Shown here piece after piece: positions 1-13,300 of a DNA stretch of 64,000 nucleotides. Made by a program: the position numbers and the translations under genes. This DNA comes from Macrostomum lignano (Eukaryota). The notes under the pieces were generated by a model. The model did not search any database. It had not been told where the DNA came from and saw nothing but the letters and a program-made list of their open reading frames with translations. Every line of letters begins with the position of its first letter. Position 1 is the stretch's first letter. The stretch lies in NCBI GenBank assembly GCA_002269645.1, contig NIVC01002149.1, positions 1 through 64,000 of the forward strand, in the 5' to 3' direction.

Positions 1-590
1 CCGCGTGAAGGCGCAGCCATGGGAAGCGCGCGAGCGCGCTCCGGGAGGCGGAACCTCCCGACCATTCCAGCCAGGTAGCAGGCGTGGCCGACCAGGCTCA
101 GTAGCGCGACGCTCAACGACGTTACCAAAATCTCGTCGTCGCTGAAGCACCCCCGCACCATCTTGCAGAGAAGTGCATTGAGGTTGGCCGGAGTCGTTGG
201 TTCTTGATATATCCTTACTGGCCGTGACCCTGGTCCAAGCGACGTTGGACGTAAAGGCGAAACCGATTGGCTGCAGAGGTGTTTTTTAAGGATTGAAGAG
301 CGTTTGAGAGTAACAATAGGATATTTGCGCGATCATAAATGAAGGACTATTAATTTCTTACCGTAGTATAATTTCTTTCCATTGTCGTCGACCAGCATGT
401 TGTCAACTGTGACGGCTGGGTCCACGAGCTGATCTAGATGGACGGCGAGATGCTGCGTGATCTGCTGCTTTAGTTCTTTTGTAATGGCGTCAATCAAACG
501 CGGTTGCGCCATTTTCGAGCGTCTGAGCAGATCATGCCGCAAGTTGGGAGTGAAAACCTGCCGGTCATCTGCCAAAATCGAAGCTACTGA
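1..590 (-). CDS. Partial multi-exon gene of unknown function running off the left edge
   Basis: ORF 333..575 is interrupted by a strong donor (G|GTAAGA, exon end 362). A 52-nt exon 219-270 (CTCTGCAG acceptor, GTAAGG donor) and a 57-nt intron lead to an exon from 161 that stays open to the window edge; phases are compatible. No recognisable homology. Confidence 0.4.
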
Positions 591-644
591 CGTCGCAGCC
601 TCAGTGCAAGTTGCACCGGGTGTGCGTCAACAGTTTTGTTAGGT

Positions 645-1260
645 AATTAGCAATAAAAAAGGTTATTTGAGCCAAGTGTGCCAAGAAGGACAAAGACATA
701 TAACTGTGCCAAATGTCATAGCTGTGGCACAACTGGTACAATTGTAGCAAGTGTGCCAAGTGTGCCAGTCTGTTTTAATAACCAATTAGCTATAAAAAGG
801 ATATTCGTGCCAAGTGTGCCAAGAAGGACAGTCCAAGACAGTTATATAACTGTGTCAAATAGTATAGCTGTGGCACAACTGGTACACTTGTAGTAAGTGC
901 GCCAAGTGTGCCAAATGGTTTCCAAGGGGAATTAGCTATAAAAAGGTTATTTGTGCCAGGTGTGCCAAATAGAACATACAAAGACATTTATAACTGTGCT
1001 AAATGGTATAGCTGTGGCACAACTGGAACAATTGTAGCAAGTGTGCCAAGTGTGCCAATTGGTTTCATTGGCCAATTAGCAGTAAAAATACTATTTGTGT
1101 CAAGTGTGCCAAATAGGACATACATCGACATTTACAAACTGTGCCAAATGGCATAGCTACGGCACAATTGGTACAATTGTATCAAGTGTGCCAAATATGA
1201 CATACAAAGACATTTATAACTCTGTCAAAGGGCATATTTGTGGCACAACTGGCACACTTA
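645..1260. repeat. Diverged tandem repeat, ~143-bp unit, ~4 copies
   Basis: AATTAGC...AAAA recurs at ~645, 785, 930 and 1075; GTGGCACAACTGG and GTGCCAAGTGTGCCA recur in each unit. Confidence 0.8.
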
Positions 1261-2576
1261 CTGTTTTTGAAAGGACAAATATTTTCAGTCGGGAATTATT
1301 TATAAGGCATCATAAAACGAAACGGTTTATAATGGCTCGATAGCTTCAGTTGCTAATGAGGGCGGACACAATGTTAAAGCGCATGAGTTGTGACATTTCC
1401 ATGGAAATACAGTCATAAGTACAAACCAACTGTGTGATTGAATTTAAGACCTCTGAAACACTGCACTCTTCCGTCATAAAGTAGGCCTATACATTTTTAA
1501 AGCCTTTTTGCTTATTTAACATTAGCATCGTAAGACAAAACAGATACAATTTTGGGCATCGTAAGATGAAAGAATGCCATCTTTAGTTTTAAAAGAATTA
1601 TTTTTCTATTTTTGCTGTAGGCCTAACCCATATGTCTAATTTATTTTTTCCTCTTGCAGTTATAGGCCTAGTACTAGTAGGCTAGGCCTTAAAATAAAAG
1701 AATCTTGTTATATATCAATAGTTATTCTTTAGTCTTATTCTCTTAGGTAATAGAAAAAAGTTTGATATAATAGAGATTCAATATTGTGGTCATCTTGGTA
1801 TATGGCTATCTTGGTCTTATAGCAGCTTATCATGCTATTAGGTCTTAATAGCTTAAAATAGCTTTCATAGTATAATCTAGGGGCCTATATAGGCCTAATA
1901 TAACTAAGGCCTAAATCTAAATAATACTTTCTAGTAGTAGCATTGGTGCATTACATAGAACCAATTTATTGAGAATAATGCACTTATCATAGATGGCCAT
2001 TGCCATTTATTTGCTAGTCACTAGCTAAAAATATAACTATGTATGCCATTTCCAAGTATAGTTAAATTTAAAAAAAAACTATATTTTTACTATCTAAATA
2101 GTGTATTTTTATAGCAGTCAGAGTTCAAACTTCAATTTTATGTCTATGGCCGATTTTTCTGCTTTTGCTGATACTCAAGTCCAGAATAAGGAAGAGAGAA
2201 TAGTGAATAATAGTGAGCAATCCTAACCAAAGGTCACAATAAGAGCTCAATGAAATAATAATATGTCTATAGCCATAGACTTAACTTCAATTTCTTGACT
2301 TGATGCTACAAGCTATAAATAATTAAGTATTTGAAAGCTTTAGTATATGCACACGGGAGAGAAAAATGCTCAGTGGCAAAGCTTGGCTGACTGGTGGACT
2401 GCATAGACAATTGCTATTTATAGATTTCACTTTACCATGCTTTGGCTCTGTCTGCACACTGAGTAGTCTATCACTGCTATGTTTTTGACTGCAGTGCCAA
2501 AGCATATATGGCTGATTTTCTGACCCTCTGATCAATAGGCAGAGTAGCTAAAGGTTAGGGTTACAAGGTTGACAGA

Positions 2577-2870
2577 CATACATGCGCAACCCTTGAAAAT
2601 TCGGTCGCCATGCAACTTAGTTTTAAAAAAATGCGATGTAGTTTTTAGCCAAAAATGCGATTTACATGTAAAAAACCCTAAAGCAAAATTATCGCAACTT
2701 TAGGTAAACAGCAGAAGTAACTATAACTGTCTTACTAAGCCAGAATGCCTCGTCAGCTACTTAGTACTACCACTTTGGTATTTTTTGGGTGGGCATTTTT
2801 GCGACCTCCTTGGTTGGTCGCCAAATCGTCGGCCGGATCGGCCAACTCGGCCGACTGTTGCGCATGTATG
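2577..2870. mobile_element. MITE, 294 bp, 14-bp perfect TIR, 8-bp TSD (P/hAT-type)
   Basis: CATACATGCGCAAC (2577-2590) and GTTGCGCATGTATG (2857-2870); TTGACAGA on both flanks (2569-2576, 2871-2878). Confidence 0.85.
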
Positions 2871-2911
2871 TTGACAGATTTTTTAAGATTTCAAAGCTTA
2901 TGGGGGGCATC

Positions 2912-3075
2912 ACTGAGATGTCAAAGGGGAAGTTGATATGTTAAGGCTTGTGGGGGGAATTGCTAACATGTCAAGGCTGACATGTCACTGCTAAGGTATA
3001 TTGCAAAGAGATGCTATATGTAGTTTATTAAAACACTTGTACTAAATTTTTGGCTCCTTAACAGGGGGCGCTGAT
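2912..3075 (+). repeat. Dispersed ~165-bp repeat, copy 1 (copy 2 at 59350-59516)
   Basis: CTGAGATGTCAA...GAAGTTGATATG...TATATTGCAAAGAGA...TGTAGTTTATTAAAA...GGGGGCGCTGATT is shared in the same orientation. Confidence 0.85.
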
Positions 3076-3459
3076 TTTTGAGCTGATGATACAAGCTATA
3101 AATAATTAAATACAAGTATTCAAAAACTAGGGAGAGATATCAGCCAGTGCTCTTTAAAAGTATTGAAGTATTGTGCCATTATAGTATATAGATGCTTGCT
3201 GTCTCGGGGATTGCTTGCTATCTAAAGGATGCTTGCTGTCTGGGGGATTGCTTGCTATTAGGGGATGCTTGTTGTCTGAGGGATGCTTGCTGTCTAGGTG
3301 ATGCCTGTTGTCCGGGTGATGCTTGCTGTACATTATTATTATATGTTATTAAATTACAGTATTAATAAACTTATTACATTCATTCTTTGCTCCCCAACAG
3401 GGAGCATAAATTGCTAGTATAACCTGATGATATATCAATAGTGGTAGCTAAATCTTATA

Positions 3460-4342
3460 CAACAACAACAAGGTACTGCTCCCGCCGGCCACGCAGTAGC
3501 CAGAAAGGGGGGAGCAGTCAGAAAGCGCGTCTCTGGGCCATTGCCCTCAGGAAGTCGCATCCCCCTGCTTGGTCCGGGGCGCCAGCGTCACTCAGAAGTC
3601 GGTCAGGGTATCGCACCGTTTGCCCTTGGCCTCGCCTCCGTGGTCCCTGCAGCTTGAGCAGCAGCACGTCGTGTAGCGGCTCAGGACAGTGGGCCTCTGA
3701 CCGGATGATGTGGCCAGCCAGTCGAAGTCGCCGCCCGCGCAGCAGGTCAGAAGGCCGCGTCAGGCGCGCCCTAGTGTAGAGCGCGGCATTGGTCTCGCTG
3801 CCTGGGCCGCTGCGCACTCCGAAAGCCGCACGCAGCATTGCCGCATGCACAGCGTCCAGCTGCCTCTCCAAGGCGTCCGTCAGGGTCCAGGTCTCGGCGT
3901 TGTACAACAGGACAGTCTCGACGACTGCCTGAAACAGCCGAGCCTTGAGCCCGTCGTCCAGGGCCTCAGATTGGAGCACGGAGTGCTCAGATCGAAATGC
4001 GGCCCAGGCCAGTCCTCGTCGTCTCTTCAGGTCGTCGGCAACGTCCGGCACGGAGCCGCCGAGGTACACAAAGCGCTCGCAGTGGGTACGCATAAATGCA
4101 TGCCCGGCAGCGTCTCGGTAATTGATCTCGGCCGGCAAGTCGGAGGGCACCGTGAACACTACCGTCTTCCGCGCGTTCAGCTTAAGGCCGACCCGCGACT
4201 CTGCCGCCGTCAGGCCATCAAGCAGCCGCTGGGCACCTTCAGCCGTCGATGAAAGTAGCGCGAGGTCGTCCGCGTAGCCGAGAACGGAGAGCCGCTTCTC
4301 CGGGTGCCGCCGACTCGTGCGTCTTCTTAAAAGGAAGCCGTC
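3460..4342 (-). mobile_element. 5'-truncated RTE-clade non-LTR retrotransposon (RT C-terminal part)
   Basis: Open frame 4342>3518 with LGYADDLALL, GLKLNARKT, FVYLGG and RLFQAVVETVLLYNAETW; 3' (TTG)n tail; TSD ATCTTATA at 3452-3459 and 4343-4350. Confidence 0.92.
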
Positions 4343-5282
4343 ATCTTATATTATATCATCTTATATAAATCTTATATTATGCAACAATATCTCCTTGCTG
4401 CATCTAGATGCATGGAGCCCGTTGTAGCTAAGTTAAATAAGTGCCATTTTCAAAGGCTTATGAATTTTTCATTGGCACTAACCTTAAAGGGCCTATTAAC
4501 TTAAGCTTATATAACTGAGCCAAAATAAGCTTTTACATAAATTCTATATCATTCTGCTCATAGTGATACCATGAAGCTAGGTTTGGCAAAAAGTGACAAA
4601 TTATATTTGAGATAATATAAAATAAACTTGTTTGGGTAAAACAAGTGAAGTGTATGTACTTTCCTCAATAGCATCTAGAGGTGGCCTGGCAGGTCTTTGA
4701 ATCCCACCGCTGCCACCAGTGAAGTGTAGGCTTCTTTGATGTCGTCTAGAGATGGCTTGGTAGGTCTTGAAATCCCACCAGTGCCACCAATGAAGTATTT
4801 GCTTGTTGCTTCCCAATCAATCACATCACCAGAGCTGCCTACCTTGAGCTCTCCTGGGAAGCCTTCTGTTACTCTTAGTAAGCATTGGTAGTGCTGCCAC
4901 CTGCTTGCTCGGATCTTGTCCTTCAATGAGGGAGACTCTGGGCTGAGCAAAATAAACGAGACACGAGAACATATATAAGCATATATATAGCTTAGCTTAG
5001 AATGCTTTCTTTCAGGAATATTGCTTCTTTGCTTTTATAAGGTTTTTATGTGTTTTTATTATTTTACTTTAAAATTATTTTGTTTTTTTTAAATGACAAT
5101 ATTGTATTACTTTTTTATTTTAAATTATAACACAAATTTTTATTTATTTTGCTTTTTAATATTGTAGTATACTTTGAGATTAATTTTGTCTCCAGTTCCA
5201 CCCACCAAATATTACTTCTCTTCAGTAGGTATTTGCGCACCTGCTAGTGCATTATTTACCTTTCTCTAAAATTGCAGGCAGC

Positions 5283-8200
5283 ATGACCAGCAGTTCCAAT
5301 GACTCCCAGCAGTTGGGCCAGCTGCTGCAGGAGCCAGGCAGCCAGCAGCAGCAGCAGCAGCAGTCTGACTACTCAGATATCACTGAGCAGTTCAAATCTG
5401 CTGCTTGCCATCTGCAGCTTGGCGAGCTGCTTCAGCATCAGAGCTTCTCGCTTTACGACGCCATGACCGCCATCGAGATGATGGAGCCCAAGATGGACTC
5501 TGGCATGCGTCTGGACCGCGAGATTCTCCATCCGCAGCGGAGCGCCGGCGGTCCACTGATGAAGCTTTCCGATCTCACGGATGCTGAGCTGCTTGGAGTT
5601 ATGGATGAGAGTCTGGCCTGTTTGGCATCCTGGCTTGATGGCGAATCAGCGCTGCAGTCCGTGTTTATCAACCTCTATCTGCAGTGCATCGATAAGTGCG
5701 TTTAACACTGCTGTTTTAGTGCTTGGCATAGCAGATCAGCCATGTCAGTCATTGCTGCAATTAGACAGGGGGGTGTGCAGTAATCACAATGGTCATCATT
5801 GGCAAATATTGACTAATTCCACTGGCCATCAATCACTTAGGGAGATATGACCAAAGCTACTGATCATGGATCAGTGGGTTATCAGTTATCAACCCAGTCT
5901 CACGTCACTGATCCCGGCCCAATCACCTCAATCATGACCCAGTCTCACTGTCACTGATCCCGGCCCAATCACCTCAATCATGACCCAGTCTCACTGTCAC
6001 TGATCCCGGCCCAGTCACCTCAATCATGACCCAGTCTCACTGTCACTGATCCCGGCCCAGTCACCTCAATCATGACCCAGTCTCACTGTCACTGATCCCG
6101 GCCCAGTCACCTCAATCATGAGCCAGTCTCACTGTCACTGATCCCGGCCCAGTCACCTCAATCATGACCCAGTCTCACTGTCACTGATCCCGGCCCAGTC
6201 ACCTCAATCATGAGCCAGTCTCACTGTCACTGATCCCGGCCCAGTCACCTCAATCATGAGCCAGTCTCACTGTCACTGATCCCGGCCCAGTCACCTAAAT
6301 CATGAGCCAGTCTCACTGTCACTGATCCCGGCCCAGTCACCTCAATCATGACCCAGTCTCACTGTCACTGATCCCGGCCCAGTCACCTAAATCATGACCC
6401 AGTCTCACTGTCACTGATCCCGGCCCAGTCACCTCATGTCCTCCTTTTCACCCCACCCCAGAATCGAGTGCCAACCGCTGCGCACCTTCTGCCACGGCCT
6501 GCTGTGCCTGCTGCAGCGGGCCAAGGACGTCATCACCCTGGCCAACACCACGGATGAGGAGGACTTCAACCCGCTGCTTTACGGCTTCGAGGCTGCCGCC
6601 GCCCAGGCCGCCGACGACGAGCGAATCACCTCGGCGTTGAAGGAGGCGGACGACGACATCGGGCGGCAGGTGAAGGCCGGCCAACTGGCCGCCGGACACC
6701 GCCTGGTGCAGCACCGGCTGCGGCTGCTGCGCAGTCTGCTGCTGTTGCTGCGGCAGTTCCACCGGATGCTGCAGGCCATGGGCGGCGGCGGCTCCGCTGA
6801 CCTTCCCGACTCCGCCCTATCGGTAACATCCGCTGCTGCAATCGATACCGCCGAGTTGGTTTCGCCGGCCGCTGCCGAAGCTGCCGCCGAAGTTCGTCGC
6901 CAGCTGGAGTCGGCGTCTTCCGCGTGCGCTTCCGTGGCCGCCAGCCTGGAGGTCGGGCAGCCCGCCGCTGGGCGCGACGATCCGCGGCTGAAGGCGTACG
7001 GCGTCCAAGGCTTCGAGCCGCTGGCCAACCTGCGCCAGCTGCCGCCGTCATTTCCCCGCTGCGTGCGGGTGTTCGAGCGGCCAGCCGCTGTGGCCTACCT
7101 GGCTAGGTGAGCCGGGGCTTCAATCAGGAATTGATTCATTACATTGGCATTGCTATTGGCGGCCCAACAATCAGCTGATCTTCCTTACCCGCAACCCGCA
7201 GGTGTCTGGACTGCCTTCGCCAGTTCCTGACCGACGTGACCCCGGCCGCCTGTCCCAGCTACCAGCAGCTGTACACCCGTCTGGCCCTCGTCTGCGGCCT
7301 GTCCTCGGATGCCCCCTGCTTTGCCCGCTCCTGCCTCCGCCTGCTGTACTGCTGCCCGGCTCAGCAGCAGCAGTTGCACAACTACGGCATCAATCTGGGC
7401 CTCGGCAGCGCCAGGCTGTTTGGCCGGCACTCGCCTGTGGAGTTCCTGCTGGCGTCCGTCAAGCAGTTCTGCCCCATCGCCGCCGGAGCCGATCTCAACG
7501 CGTCCGTGCGACAGTTGCAGGTGATTTCTTTTTTACACTAATTACTGATGCAAATACCTTCATAGCTAATTACTAGATGCTCCTCACAAGTGGTGATGTG
7601 TTCTATTGCCATCCTCCGATCACTCAGGGGATCTGCTTCTTTTACCTACCTAATCCTCCAGGAAACCCGCTCTCCACCCTCCACAATCCTCCAGGAAATC
7701 CGCTCTCTACCCTCCACAATCCTCCAGGAAACCGCTCTCCACCCTCCACAATCCTCCAGGAAACCCACTCTCCACCCTCCCCCAATCCTCCAATTAATCC
7801 GCTCTCCACCCTCCCCAATCCTCCAATTAATCCGCTTTCCACCCTCCTCAATCCTCTATGGAAATCCGCTCCCCCATTCTGTAAACGATTCGCCGGCCCC
7901 CCATCCGCAGGGCCAGTCCCGCCAGCTGGCCGACAGCCTCTGCCTGCAGCTGGGCCGCGCCCTGCTCCATCAGGTGTGCCCGCTGTTCAGCCGGAACCGC
8001 AGCAGGAAGCGCGAGAAATTGGCCGCCTGCTTAGATGCCCTGTGGCCGCTGTACGAGAGCTGCTACTGCCTGGACCGGGCCCTGTTCCCCAATGACGAGT
8101 GCCGCTCCCTGTTCCTCCCCTACCTGACATTCTACCTGTTCCGCTTGAGCCGGCTGTACCTGCTGTCCGGCTTCAGCCTGCAGCTGTACGCCAGGCACGA

Positions 8201-9572
8201 GCTACCGTCGGTTTACTTCATGCTGGGCGACGGCTACATGTACTTCCTGCTGGTGGGAATTGTGCAGGCCGACCTGGCCATCCAGCAGCAGCTGCAGCTC
8301 ACTCACAATCCCTATACTAAGCTGAGCAGGCAGCATCACCGGTATCATCAGCAGGTGCAAACTCTCTACCAGCACCACCTGTCTATGCTGCGCGCCTCCA
8401 ACTACCTGGCCACCGCCACCTTCTACGCGCTGGCCGCGCTGCACTCCGATGGCAAAATGCAGCAGCTGGCCAGCCCGCACCAGGCCGGAGAGTCCAGCTC
8501 ATTCAAGCACCGCTACCAGCCCCTGTTGCAGCGGCCCTTCCTGCCCCGCAGCATCACCTGCTACACCAACTTGCAGACCATGTGGGACTCCAGGACCACC
8601 TTCAACGGCGAGCTGGACGACAGCGAGCTGGACGAAGGCCAGCAGCGGAAGCCGGCCTCCACCCGGCCGATGTGTACGCCGAGGCCACCAGAGAGTTTGA
8701 GAAGGCCCGCGACGCCTTGGTAAAAGTTGTGAACACCGCCTCCAGCAGTGCCGGTTCCAATAGCAAATCCGCACCCAGCTTAGCAACTGTTTGCATCGAA
8801 GACTGGGACGGAGAGGCCATGATAAAGGTGCGCGGCCTGCTGCTGCTAGCGAGGAAATAGAATGAAAGAGATAGTCTGAGAGGGGATAGAGTGAGAGGGA
8901 ATAGAAATGGAAGGGATAGAGTGAGAGGGAATAGAAATGGAAGGTATAGCGTGAGAGGGAATAGAAATGGAAGGGATAGAGTGAGAGGGAATAGAAATGG
9001 AAGGGATAGAGTGAGAGGGAATAGAAATGGAAGGGATAGAGTGAGAGGGAATAGAAATGGAAGGGATAGAGTGAGAGGGAATAGAAATGGAAGGGATAGA
9101 GTGAGAGGGAATAGAAATGGAAGGGATAGAGTGAGAGGGAATAGAAATGGAAGGGATAGAGTGAGAGGGAATAGAAATGGAAGGTATAGAGTGAGAGGGA
9201 ATAGAAATGGAAGGGATAAAGTGAGAGGGAATAGAAATGGAAGGGATAGAGTGAGAGGGAATAGAAATGGAAGGGATAGAGTGAGAGGGAATAGAAATGG
9301 AAGGGATAGAGTGAGAGGGAATAGAAATGGAAGGGATAAAGTGAGAGGGAATAGAAACGGACTGACTGTTGCACTGCCGCTCACAACAGGTGGCCAAGAC
9401 CAACATGGTGGTCACGAAGCTGCTAGCGGCCGGGCACCGAGCGGGCCCCCAGCACCCCGCAGAGCTGGACTTCTCCGTCTGTCCGCACTACCCCGTCATC
9501 AAGCTGCTGGCTCCGACTGCCGCCTCGTCAACTGCCGCAGCTGCTGCTGCTCCTAGTAGCAATGGGAAATGA
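5283..9572 (+). CDS. NAA35: N-alpha-acetyltransferase 35, NatC auxiliary subunit (MAK10)
   Basis: Exons 5283-5695, 6462-7106, 7202-7520, 7911-8827, 9390-9572. Motifs DITEQF..LQLGELL..SLYDAMTAIEMMEPKMDSGM, RNRSRKREKL and the C-terminal VAKTNMVVTKLLAAGH..LDFSVCPHYPVIKL match MAK10. Exon sum is 2477 nt, one short of a multiple of 3 (frameshift near 8662). Confidence 0.93.
5893..6434. repeat. 46-bp minisatellite, ~12 copies, NAA35 intron 1
   Basis: Unit CCCAGTCTCACTGTCACTGATCCCGGCCCAGTCACCTCAATCATGA. Confidence 0.95.
7655..7850. repeat. ~33-bp minisatellite, NAA35 intron 3
   Basis: Unit approximately CCCTCCACAATCCTCCAGGAAACCCGCTCTCCA. Confidence 0.85.
8885..9360. repeat. 30-bp purine-rich minisatellite, ~16 copies, NAA35 intron 4
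   Basis: Unit GTGAGAGGGAATAGAAATGGAAGGGATAGA. Confidence 0.95.
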
Positions 9573-10375
9573 GCAGTTGGTTAATTGAAAACAGGTTATT
9601 AGCACCTTGGAGCTGCCGAGTAGCGGGTTTTCACCTAACGGCAGCTTTGCTGCTCCCGAACAGAGAGCTCGTTTTGTCTCTACTATTGCGTAACACCTGC
9701 TGTATAGATTTTTCTATTGAGTGTCCGTGATTAATTGAATAGCCCAATCGATTATAAATAAACATATTCGAATAGCTGTGCTCAGTAAATTCCTGACTAA
9801 CTGCCGCTGCTCAACCCGGCCCTCTCAGCCCACCCTGTCCCCAGCAGCGCGGCCAATCCAATATTTCGCTCATTCGTACTCACTACCGACTTTTCATTTG
9901 TTAGCCGCTGCTTCTCTTTGATTCTAAATGTCAGTTATCTGTTTGCAGTGTGGAATATATGTATGAGCTGAGCTGTCTCAGACCTGGCACCTGGCTTGTT
10001 GCTTGCTTGTAGCAAATGGCGCCACGCACCTGAATTTCTAAATTAACTTGAATGAACACCCGCCCTTTGCACCACTTGACTTACCTGATGAATCAGTCCA
10101 GTATGCAGGTAGTCGCTGTGCTCCAGTGGCCTCTCGCTGTTTTTTTCTCTCCAGACCGAGCCGTGTATTTATTGATAAGAGAGATAATAACACCGTGTTT
10201 ATCTTTGAGTTTATTGTGCCACCTGATATATCAACACTAACTGCTGTAAGTAGTACTGTTTAGTTCTAACTTCTTTATATTTAAATGAAATGTGAAATTT
10301 TTTGCTTCCGAAAGTGCTTTTTTAAATTTTATTAACCTTCACAAGGAAATGTAACGTTTGAAATCAATGTTAATA

Positions 10376-13300
10376 GAGTGGATTTCTAATCTAGCCCAGT
10401 TAGCTATGAAATAGAGTGGATTTCTAATCTTAGCCCAGTTAGCTATGAAATACAGTGGATTTCTAATCTAGCCCAGTTAGCTATGAAATAGAGTGGATTT
10501 CTAATCTTAGCCCAGTTAGCTATGAAATACAGTGGATTTCTAATCTAGCCCAGTTAGCTATGAAATAGAGTGGATTTCTAATCTTAGCCCAGTTAGCTAT
10601 GGAATACAGTGGATTTCTAATCTTAGCCCAGTTAGCTATGAAATACAGTGGATTTCTAATCTAGCCCAGTTAGCTATGAAATAGAGTGGATTTCTAATCT
10701 TAGCCCAGTTAGCTATGAAATACAGTGGATTTCTAATCTTAGCCCAGTTAGCTATGAAATACAGTGGATTTCTAATCTTAGCCCAGTTAGCTATGAAATA
10801 CAGTGGATTTCTAATCTTAGCCCAGTTAGCTATGAAATACAGTGGATTTCTAATCTTAGCCCAGTTAGCTATGAAATACAGTGGATTTCTAATCTTAGCC
10901 CAGTCAGCTATGAAATACAGTGGATTTCTAATCTTAGCCCAGTTAGCTATGAAATACAGTGGATTTCTAATCTTAGCCCAGTTAGCTATGAAATACAGTG
11001 GATTTCTAATCTTAGCCCAGTCAGCTATGAAATACAGTGGATTTCTAATCTTAGCCCAGTTAGCTATGAAATAGAGTGGATTTCTAATCTTAGCCCAGTT
11101 AGCTATGAAATACAGTGGATTTCTAATCTTAGCCCAGTTAGCTATGAAATACAGTGGATTTCTAATCTTAGCCCAGTTAGCTATGAAATAGAGTGGATTT
11201 CTAATCTTAGCCCAGTTAGCTATGAAATACAGTGGATTTCTAATCTTAGCCCAGTCAGCTATGAAATACAGTGGATTTCTAATCTTAGCCCAGTTAGCTA
11301 TGAAATAGAGTGGATTTCTAATCTTAGCCCAGTTAGCTATGAAATACAGTGGATTTCTAATCTTAGCCCAGTTAGCTATGAAATACAGTGGATTTCTAAT
11401 CTTAGCCCAGTCAGCTATGAAATACAGTGGATTTCTAATCTTAGCCCAGTTAGCTATGAAATACAGTGGATTTCTAATCTTAGCCCAGTTAGCTATGAAA
11501 TACAGTGGATTTCTAATCTTAGCCCAGTCAGCTATGAAATACAGTGGATTTCTAATCTTAGCCCAGTTAGCTATGAAATACAGTGGATTGCTAATCTAGC
11601 TATGGAATACAGTGGATTGCTAATCTAGCTCAGTTAGCTATGAAATACAGTGGATTGCTAATCTAGCCCAGTTAGCTATGGAATACAGTGGATTGCTAAT
11701 CTAGCTCAGTTAGCTATGGAATACAGTGGATTGCTAATCTAGCTCAGTTAGCTATGGAATACAGTGGATTGCTAATCTAGCCCAGTTAGCTATGGAATGC
11801 AGTGGATTGCTAATCTAGCTCAGTTAGCTATGGAATACAGTGGATTGCTAATCTAGCTCAGTTAGCTATGGAATACAGTGGATTGCTAATCTTAGCCCAG
11901 TTAGCTATGGAATACAGTGGATTGCTAATCTAGCTCAGTTAGCTATGGAATACAGTGGATTGCTAATCTAGCCCAGTTAGCTATGAAATACAGTGGATTG
12001 CTAATCTAGCTCAGTTAGCTATGGAATACAGTGGATTGCTAATCTAGCTCAGTTAGCTATGGAATACAGTGGATTGCTAATCTAGCCCAGTTAGCTATGG
12101 AATACAGTGGATTGCTAATCTAGCTCAGTTAGCTATGGAATACAGTGGATTGCTAATCTAGCCCAGTTAGCTATGAAATACAGTGGATTGCTAATCTAGC
12201 TCAGTTAGCTATGGAATACAGTGGATTGCTAATCTAGCTCAGTTAGCTATGGAATACAGTGGATTGCTAATCTAGCCCAGTTAGCTATGGAATACAGTGG
12301 ATTGCTAATCTAGCCCAGTTAGCTATGGAATACAGTGGATTGCTAATCTAGCCCAGTTAGCTATGGAATACAGTGGATTGCTAATCTAGCTCAGTTAGCT
12401 ATGGAATACAGTGGATTGCTAATCTAGCTCAGTTAGCTATGGAATACAGTGGATTGCTAATCTAGCTCAGTTAGCTATGGAATACAGTGGATTGCTAATC
12501 TAGCTCAGTTAGCTATGGAATACAGTGGATTGCTAATCTAGCTCAGTTAGCTATGGAATACAGTGGATTGCTAATCTAGCTCAGTTAGCTATGGAATACA
12601 GTGGATTGCTAATCTAGCTCAGTTAGCTATGGAATACAGTGGATTGCTAATCTAGCTCAGTTAGCTATGGAATACAGTGGATTGCTAATCTAGCTCAGTT
12701 AGCTATGGAATACAGTGGATTGCTAATCTAGCTCAGTTAGCTATGGAATACAGTGGATTGCTAATCTAGCTCAGTTAGCTATGGAATACAGTGGATTGCT
12801 AATCTAGCCCAGTTAGCTATGGAATACAGTGGATTGCTAATCTAGCCCAGTTAGCTATGGAATACAGTGGATTGCTAATCTAGCCCAGTTAGCTATGGAA
12901 TACAGTGGATTGCTAATCTAGCTCAGTTAGCTATGGAATACAGTGGATTGCTAATCTAGCTCAGTTAGCTATGGAATACAGTGGATTGCTAATCTAGCTC
13001 AGTTAGCTATGGAATACAGTGGATTGCTAATCTAGCTCAGTTAGCTATGGAATACAGTGGATTGCTAATCTAGCTCAGTTAGCTATGGAATACAGTGGAT
13101 TGCTAATCTAGCTCAGTTAGCTATGGAATACAGTGGATTGCTAATCTAGCTCAGTTAGCTATGGAATACAGTGGATTGCTAATCTAGCTCAGTTAGCTAT
13201 GGAATACAGTGGATTGCTAATCTAGCTCAGTTAGCTATGGAATACAGTGGATTGCTAATCTAGCTCAGTTAGCTATGGAATACAGTGGATTGCTAATCTA

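Noticed and set aside
2553-2563. GGTTAGGGTTA telomere-like motif
   Set aside because: Fewer than two full TTAGGG repeats; chance occurrence.
10076-10090. ACTTACCTG resembling the U1 snRNA 5' end
   Set aside because: The match is only 9 nt; the downstream U1 stem-loops and Sm site are absent.
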